This document shows, one piece after another, positions 58,153-64,000 of a DNA stretch of 64,000 nucleotides. The stretch is from an uncultured Clostridia bacterium. GTDB taxonomy: Bacteria; Bacillota; Clostridia; Christensenellales; UBA1242. The first letter of the stretch is position 1, and every line of letters begins with the position of its first letter. Made by a program: the position numbers and the translations under genes. The notes beneath the pieces are model-generated. The model saw only the letters and a list, made by a program, of their open reading frames with translations, was not told the origin of the DNA and made no database searches. The DNA is taken from assembly GCA_944382715.1 (NCBI GenBank), contig CALWNC010000003.1, positions 19,856 through 83,855 of the forward strand. The letters are read 5' to 3'.

Positions 58153-58318
58153 CGTTTAGGAGGGAGTATGAGAAATAATATTAACGCCCGTTGGGGCGAA
58201 ATTAGTTAAAGAAAAAATAATTAAAATTTTGTTAAGTTATATTAAAATAGTTTAATTGTATTTTAACAATGAATAATAATCAAAAATTACATTATTATTT
58301 TTTAAGGAGAATAGTATT

Positions 58319-60067
58319 ATGGAAACTATACAAAGTAAATATAGAACTCATACTTGTGGACAGTTAAGAAAAGATGACATTGGTAAATCGGTGGTTTTAA
58401 GTGGTTGGATAGATACAATCAGAGATCACGGTGGTATAACATTTATAGACCTTCGCGACCATTATGGGAAAACTCAGCTTGTTGTTTATAAGTTGCCAGA
58501 TTTTAGACTCCCAAGGGAATCAGTAATACTTGTTACTGGCAAGGTAAGGGCAAGAGATGATATTAACTATAATGAAAAAATATTAACGGGAGAGATAGAG
58601 GTTGTTGTAGATAGTGTTGAAATGCTTGGCGAGTGTATACAAAATCTTCCTTTTGAACCTTCAGAAAGCAAAAAAGTTAATGAAGAAGTTAGACTAAAAT
58701 ATAGATATTTAGATTTGAGAAATCCTGAAATGCAAAACAACATTATTTTTAGGTCAAAGGTAATTGCCGAGCTTAGGTCACAAATGAATATGCTTGGTTT
58801 TAACGAAATTCAAACTCCAATCTTAACGGTTTCATCTCCAGAAGGTGCAAGAGATTTCTTAGTTCCAAGCAGACTAAATCCGGGCAAGTTTTACGCACTT
58901 CCACAGGCTCCACAGCAGTTTAAGCAAATATTGATGGTTGCAGGATTTGACAAATATTTTCAGATAGCACCATGTTTTAGAGATGAAGATGCTAGAGCCG
59001 ATAGGTGTCCGGGTGAATTTTATCAACTTGATATGGAAATGAGTTTTGCAACTCAAGAAGATGTTTTTAAGTGTATGGAAACGGTTCTTCCAAGAGTTTT
59101 TGAAAAGTTTGGAAAAAGCAAAGTTGATGGTGTTCCATTTAAAAGAATTACATATAAAGAAGCAATGGACAAATACGGTACAGATAAGCCTGACCTTAGA
59201 AATCCTCTTATCATTAAAAATATTACAGATGTTTTTGCAAAAACTACATTCAAGGCTTTTGAGGGACAAACGATAAAGGCAATTTGTGCTCCAAAGGCAT
59301 CACTTCTTTCAAGACGAACATTTGATGAAGTTACCGAACTTGTCGTTCAAAACGGTGCTAAAGGACTTGCTTGGCTTAAAGTTGATGAAAATAGAGAGAT
59401 TATTGGACCAATTGTAAAGTATATGACTGATGAAGAAAAGAAGGCTTTGGTAGAAACTTTAGATGCTAAGAAAGATGACGCAATATTTATTGTTGCAGAC
59501 ACCGATGCACTCTGTGCAAAGGTTCTTGGAATGCTTAGAGGAGTGCTTTGTGAAAAGTTGGGGCTTCTTGAAACGGGTGTTTATAAATTTTGTTGGATTG
59601 TTGATTTCCCTATGTATGAAATTAATGAAGAAACGGGGAAGATTGATTTTAGTCACAACCCATTTAGTATGCCACAAGGTGGGCTGGAAGCACTAAATAC
59701 AAAAGACCCTCTTGAAATACTGGCGTATCAGTATGACATTGTTGTAAATGGAATTGAGCTCAGTTCTGGGGCAGTTAGAAATCACGACATTAAAATTATG
59801 AAAAGAGCATTTGAAATTGCAGGGTATGACGAGAAAACCATTGAAACGAAATTTTCTGCACTCTATAATGCATTTAAGTTTGGTGCTCCACCACATGCGG
59901 GAATAGCTCCGGGAATTGATAGAATGATTATGCTTTTGTTAGAAGAACCTTCAATTCGCGAAGTTGTTGCATTTCCAATGAATAAAAAAGCACAAGATGT
60001 AATGATGGGTGCTCCGGGTGAAGTCACAGAAAAACAGCTTCGTGAAGTACACATAAAATTAAGATAA
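58319..60067 (+). CDS. aspS: Aspartate--tRNA ligase (bacterial type)
   Basis: 'FIDLRDHYG', 'FYALPQAPQQFKQILM', 'QIAPCFRDED' and 'GAPPHAGIAPGIDR'. Confidence 0.95.
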   Translation: METIQSKYRTHTCGQLRKDDIGKSVVLSGWIDTIRDHGGITFIDLRDHYGKTQLVVYKLPDFRLPRESVILVTGKVRARDDINYNEKILTGEIEVVVDSVEMLGECIQNLPFEPSESKKVNEEVRLKYRYLDLRNPEMQNNIIFRSKVIAELRSQMNMLGFNEIQTPILTVSSPEGARDFLVPSRLNPGKFYALPQAPQQFKQILMVAGFDKYFQIAPCFRDEDARADRCPGEFYQLDMEMSFATQEDVFKCMETVLPRVFEKFGKSKVDGVPFKRITYKEAMDKYGTDKPDLRNPLIIKNITDVFAKTTFKAFEGQTIKAICAPKASLLSRRTFDEVTELVVQNGAKGLAWLKVDENREIIGPIVKYMTDEEKKALVETLDAKKDDAIFIVADTDALCAKVLGMLRGVLCEKLGLLETGVYKFCWIVDFPMYEINEETGKIDFSHNPFSMPQGGLEALNTKDPLEILAYQYDIVVNGIELSSGAVRNHDIKIMKRAFEIAGYDEKTIETKFSALYNAFKFGAPPHAGIAPGIDRMIMLLLEEPSIREVVAFPMNKKAQDVMMGAPGEVTEKQLREVHIKLR

Positions 60068-60081
60068 TAAGGGAGTAGGAT

Positions 60082-60357
60082 ATGGAATTTGATGTTGAAC
60101 ATTTAAGTTATTTAAGTAAACTGGAATTTAGTGAAGACGAAAAGAAGGCATTTGAAACAGAATTTTCTAGTGTGCTTGACTTTGTGGGTGAAATTAGTGG
60201 CGTGCAACTTTCAGAAGAGATTGAAAATGATAAGCCAATTTTATTATCTAATCTTCGTGAAGATGAACCTAAAGAGAGTATTTCAAGAGAGCAAATTTTA
60301 GCAAATGCTCCAAAACAAAAAGATGGGTGCTTTGTGGCACCATTGGTGGTGGAATAA
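60082..60357 (+). CDS. gatC: Asp/Glu-tRNA amidotransferase subunit C
   Basis: ~91 aa, 'HLSYLSKLEFSEDEKKAF...LREDEP'. Position is before gatA. Confidence 0.9.
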   Translation: MEFDVEHLSYLSKLEFSEDEKKAFETEFSSVLDFVGEISGVQLSEEIENDKPILLSNLREDEPKESISREQILANAPKQKDGCFVAPLVVE

Positions 60358-61775
60358 TGATAGATTATAGTAAACTTTCAATATTTGAAATTATGGATAA
60401 AATAAAAACCCATGAGTGTAGCGCACAAGAAGTTGTTGAATTTTTTATTCAAAAAACCAAGGAAAATGAAAAACTAAATGCAATAGTTGAAATATTTGAT
60501 GATGTTGTAGAAAAAGCAAAAGAAATTGATAAAAAAATACAAAATAACGAAAAATTAGGGAAGCTTGTTGGCATACCAGTGGCGATTAAAGATAACATAC
60601 TTTATAGCACAAAAAAAGCTGGCTGTGCAAGTGCATTTATGCAAGATTTTGTATCTCCATACTCTGCAACCATTGTCGAAAAACTGTTAGATGAAGATGC
60701 CATTATTTTTGGTCGAACCAATATGGACGAGTTTGCAATGGGTGGAAGTACCGAAAAAAGCGTTTATGGAGTTTGTCACAATGCAAAAAATTTTGAATAT
60801 GTAGCAGGTGGGAGTAGTGGTGGCAGTGCCGTTGCAGTTTCAGCAGGACTTGTACCTGTTGCAATAGGCACAGATACTGGTGGTTCAATTAGGCAGCCTT
60901 CGTCTTATAACGGCGTCGTTGGGGTAAAACCAACCTATGGCACTGTTTCAAGATATGGCATAGTTGCCTTTGCAAGCTCACTTGACCAAGCATCGCCAAT
61001 TACAAAAACCATTTCAGAATGTGAGTATGTCCTTAAAATTTTGGCAGGCAAAGATGACCATGACCAAACAACTATTCAAAATGATTTTGCAAGCGACAAA
61101 AAAGATAAGTATAGGCTAGGAATTTGCAAAGAAGTTGTAGAAAAATTAAAAGAAAGAGCAGAATTTTACAATTTTGAAAATGCAATTAAAAAAGTAAGTG
61201 ACAAGTTTGAAATTGTTGATGTTTCAATACCACACATTTCAAGTTCTCTTGCGTGCTACTACATAATTGCACCTGCTGAGGCTTCATCAAATCTTGCAAG
61301 GTTTGATGGTGTCAAATATACAAAAAGGGCAGAAAACTGTGAAAGTCTTGAAGATGTCTATGTTAAAAGTAGAAGTGAAGGCTTTGGGAAAGAGGTTAAA
61401 CGAAGAATTATGCTTGGTAATTTTGTTCTATCTAGTGGCTATTATGATGCCTTTTATGGCAAGGCAAAAAATGTACAAAAACTCATAAAGAAAGAATTTA
61501 AAACTGCTTTTTTAAATTGTGATGCAATTATTTTGCCTACAACACTTTCAACTGCATTTAAAATTGGTTCAAAAAATAGTGATCCTGTTGAAATGTACAT
61601 GGAAGATTTGTTTACCGTTCCAGCAAACATTGCGGGGATTCCTGCAGTATCAGTGCCTTACTCTTTGGCAGAAAATGGACTTCCACTCGGAATGCAATTT
61701 ATGGCAGATGAAATGCAAGAAAGTAAAATGTTTGAAATTGCCAAAATATTTAAATCACAGATGGAGGTGGAGTAA
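60357..61775 (+). CDS. gatA: Asp/Glu-tRNA amidotransferase subunit A (amidase signature)
   Basis: 'GGSSGGSAVAVSAG...GTDTGGSIRQPS'. The ATG at 60357 overlaps the gatC TAA by 1 nt. Confidence 0.95.
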   Translation: MIDYSKLSIFEIMDKIKTHECSAQEVVEFFIQKTKENEKLNAIVEIFDDVVEKAKEIDKKIQNNEKLGKLVGIPVAIKDNILYSTKKAGCASAFMQDFVSPYSATIVEKLLDEDAIIFGRTNMDEFAMGGSTEKSVYGVCHNAKNFEYVAGGSSGGSAVAVSAGLVPVAIGTDTGGSIRQPSSYNGVVGVKPTYGTVSRYGIVAFASSLDQASPITKTISECEYVLKILAGKDDHDQTTIQNDFASDKKDKYRLGICKEVVEKLKERAEFYNFENAIKKVSDKFEIVDVSIPHISSSLACYYIIAPAEASSNLARFDGVKYTKRAENCESLEDVYVKSRSEGFGKEVKRRIMLGNFVLSSGYYDAFYGKAKNVQKLIKKEFKTAFLNCDAIILPTTLSTAFKIGSKNSDPVEMYMEDLFTVPANIAGIPAVSVPYSLAENGLPLGMQFMADEMQESKMFEIAKIFKSQMEVE

Positions 61776-63226
61776 TGAGTTATTTAGATTCTTACGAAAT
61801 GGTTATTGGTCTTGAAATTCATGCAGAGCTAGCTACAAGAACTAAGATTTTTTGCTCTTGCAAAAATGAATTTGGTGCAAGTCCAAATAGCAATACTTGT
61901 CCAGTCTGTACTGGTATGCCGGGAGCACTTCCGATAACCAACAAAAAGGTTATTGAACTTGCGATAAAGGCAGGTCTATCCTTTGGCTGTGAAATTTCAA
62001 AGTATACAGTTTTTGAAAGAAAAAATTATTTTTACCCAGATTTAAGTAAGGCTTATCAAATTAGTCAGTTAGTTAAACCTTTAAATATAGGTGGTGGAGT
62101 TGAACTTGATAGTGGCAAGTTTATTAGATTAAATAGAATTCATGTAGAAGAAGACGCTGGAAAACTAACTCATCTTGGCAAAAGTCAAGGAACACTTATC
62201 GACTATAATAGAGGAGGAACGCCACTTATTGAAATGGTAACGGAACCCGACTTTAGAAGTGCAGAAGAAGTGGTTGAGTTTTTAAAGAAAGTTCGAGAAA
62301 TTTTAATGTTTGAAGGAATAGCAAATTGCAAAATGGAACAGGGTGGAATGAGATGCGATGTTAACTTATCTCTCAGAAGAAAAGGGGATAGTAATTTTGG
62401 GATAAGAACTGAAATGAAAAATTTAAACTCATTTAGAAGTGTTCAAAGGGCAATTGAATATGAAGCAGAAAGACAGGCAGAAGTTTTGGCGTCTGGAGGT
62501 GATGTAGTTCAAGAAACTCGAAAGTGGGACGACTTTGCTGGTGAAAGTTTTGCAATGCGTTCAAAAGAGCAGGCTCAAGATTATAGATATTTTCCAGACC
62601 CAGACCTGCTTCCAATTTTAATTTCCGATGAAGAAATTGAAAAGGTAAAGAGCGAAATGGTTGAAGTCCCTGCAAGTAGGAGAAAAAAATACACTGAGGA
62701 ATTTGGCATTCCAAAATATGACGCAGAACTTTTAACTCAAACAAAATATATTTCAGACTACTTTGAAAATTGTGTTTCCCTACTTTTTGTTCCTAAAAAA
62801 ATTAGTAACTGGATAATGGTTGACCTTTTTAAGATAGTAAAAGACCAAGCTCAAAAAGAGCAAAATCAAGAAGATATAGTTTTTCCAATATCTGAAAAAC
62901 AATTAACCAACATTATAAAAATGTTAGAGGACAGGCAAATCAATAAAAATGTTGGTTTGGAATTATTGCAAAAGGTAATTGAAACTGGCAAAGATGCAAA
63001 TGAACTTGCAAAAGAAATGAATTTGCTTGTTACAATTTCAGAGGATACAATTTTAAATCTTTTGTCAAAACTCAAATCAGAAAATTCAAAAGTTGTTGAA
63101 GATTACAAAAAAGACCCAGAAAAAATTTCAAAATTTATTACTGGTTATGTAATGAAAAACACTCAGGGTAAGGCTAATTCTCTCGTAGTTAAAAATTTAA
63201 TTCCTAAGGTCTTTTCAAAAGAATAA
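61775..63226 (+). CDS. gatB: Asp/Glu-tRNA amidotransferase subunit B
   Basis: 'VIGLEIHAEL...KIFCSC', 'NYFYPDLSKAYQISQ' and 'HVEEDAGKL'. The ATG overlaps the gatA stop by 1 nt. Confidence 0.95.
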   Translation: MSYLDSYEMVIGLEIHAELATRTKIFCSCKNEFGASPNSNTCPVCTGMPGALPITNKKVIELAIKAGLSFGCEISKYTVFERKNYFYPDLSKAYQISQLVKPLNIGGGVELDSGKFIRLNRIHVEEDAGKLTHLGKSQGTLIDYNRGGTPLIEMVTEPDFRSAEEVVEFLKKVREILMFEGIANCKMEQGGMRCDVNLSLRRKGDSNFGIRTEMKNLNSFRSVQRAIEYEAERQAEVLASGGDVVQETRKWDDFAGESFAMRSKEQAQDYRYFPDPDLLPILISDEEIEKVKSEMVEVPASRRKKYTEEFGIPKYDAELLTQTKYISDYFENCVSLLFVPKKISNWIMVDLFKIVKDQAQKEQNQEDIVFPISEKQLTNIIKMLEDRQINKNVGLELLQKVIETGKDANELAKEMNLLVTISEDTILNLLSKLKSENSKVVEDYKKDPEKISKFITGYVMKNTQGKANSLVVKNLIPKVFSKE

Positions 63227-63380
63227 CTTTATTGTACTAGGTATTTTATTCTACTAGCTTGGTGAAATTTTTATAGGGAAATTTGCAAAATTTAAAATTA
63301 ATGAGAGAATATTTGACAAAAAGGTGCGAAATTATTTAATATATAGTTATACTGCAGATAATAAGTAAATGGAGAAAAGT

Positions 63381-64000
63381 ATGAAAAAATTAAGTCAAAT
63401 TATTCTTTGTTTTGTTATGGTCTTTGTTATGTCACTTTCTTTGGTTTCATGCAAAAATAATGATGATAACACGCCAAATACTTCAATAAATACTTCAGTT
63501 GACAATGGCAGTCAAGGTGGAAATAATGGTGACGGCGGAAATCAAGGCTCAGAGGATATTGAGAATCCTAATGGTGACGGCGAAGATACTGAAGAGCCAA
63601 GTGATGATAATCAGGGAGAGAATCCTGAAAATCCACCATCTGAAGAAATTGAAAAAAATACACTTAGTGTAGATGAATTTTTATCTGAAATGAATGATAT
63701 TAGATTTGATTTTACTAACATTTTGGCAACAATTTCAAATTACGATATTGAAAGTGAAGAAACTATAAAAACATCTGCTCTTATAAATGTTTCATATACT
63801 ACAGATGAAACTACAACTTATAAAAATTATAAAGTTCAGTTAGGTCAGGGCGAAGAAATAATTGCCTTTATGAATGAAAGTATTATCTTATCGCAAGGTG
63901 GCATTAAAACCAATGAGGGAATAGTAATTGACAATGTAAACAAGCTTTACTATTACATCAATGACTTCAAAGTTTCAGACGAAGAAATAAAAAGTTATAT
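63381..64000 (+). CDS. Lipoprotein (3' end outside window)
   Basis: SD GGAGAAAAG. Signal peptide plus lipobox 'FVMSLSLVSC', followed by a D/N/G/E-rich linker. The frame is open to the window end. Confidence 0.7.
   Translation, partial: MKKLSQIILCFVMVFVMSLSLVSCKNNDDNTPNTSINTSVDNGSQGGNNGDGGNQGSEDIENPNGDGEDTEEPSDDNQGENPENPPSEEIEKNTLSVDEFLSEMNDIRFDFTNILATISNYDIESEETIKTSALINVSYTTDETTTYKNYKVQLGQGEEIIAFMNESIILSQGGIKTNEGIVIDNVNKLYYYINDFKVSDEEIKSY

Noticed and set aside
58874-60102. Multiple antisense or shifted ORFs inside aspS (58874-59269, 59046-59276, 59459-59677, 59693-59896, 59863-60102).
   Set aside because: They lie entirely within a well-supported conserved CDS. Such ORFs are typical of AT-rich coding DNA on other frames.

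Overview
AT-rich, standard-genetic-code chromosomal segment of a low-GC Firmicutes-type bacterium. A three-gene gerA-type germinant-receptor operon suggests a spore former. Most of the window is housekeeping backbone: glmS (3' part), dut, cls, rpsF-ssb-rpsR, a P-type ATPase, dnaB, rpsL-rpsG-fusA-tuf, rpoB-rpoC, mntP behind a Mn-riboswitch-like leader, a NUDIX hydrolase, eno, and aspS-gatC-gatA-gatB. I saw no rRNA, tRNA, CRISPR array, transposase or integrase. Accessory or unexplained content falls into five groups. (1) Directly 3' of glmS is a block holding a dUTPase with a phage-style insertion, an orphan, a ParM/Alp-type actin-like ATPase and a P/Q-rich low-complexity partner; a 15-nt AT-rich word recurs three times in this block. 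(2) A translationally coupled operon of three small genes is led by a HicB-like fold with no HicA, and is followed by a 182-aa orphan and a SAM methyltransferase. (3) A 1924-aa surface protein combines discoidin, M60-like HEIGH peptidase, Pmp-type GGAI repeats and 7 tandem 69-aa Listeria-Bacteroides repeats. It lies in a ~10.8 kb block between the str operon and rpoBC. (4) A minus-strand cluster holds a small ORF with an in-frame stop, a DUF4279-like protein, a 470-aa NG-repeat protein and a transglutaminase-like protein. (5) The aspS leader has an intrinsic attenuator followed by an Asn-rich 13-codon mini-ORF. Several core proteins (RpoB, DnaB, ATPase, GerxC, Cls) carry long charged or low-complexity extensions. 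All calls come from reading the sequence and ORF translations by eye; no searches were run.
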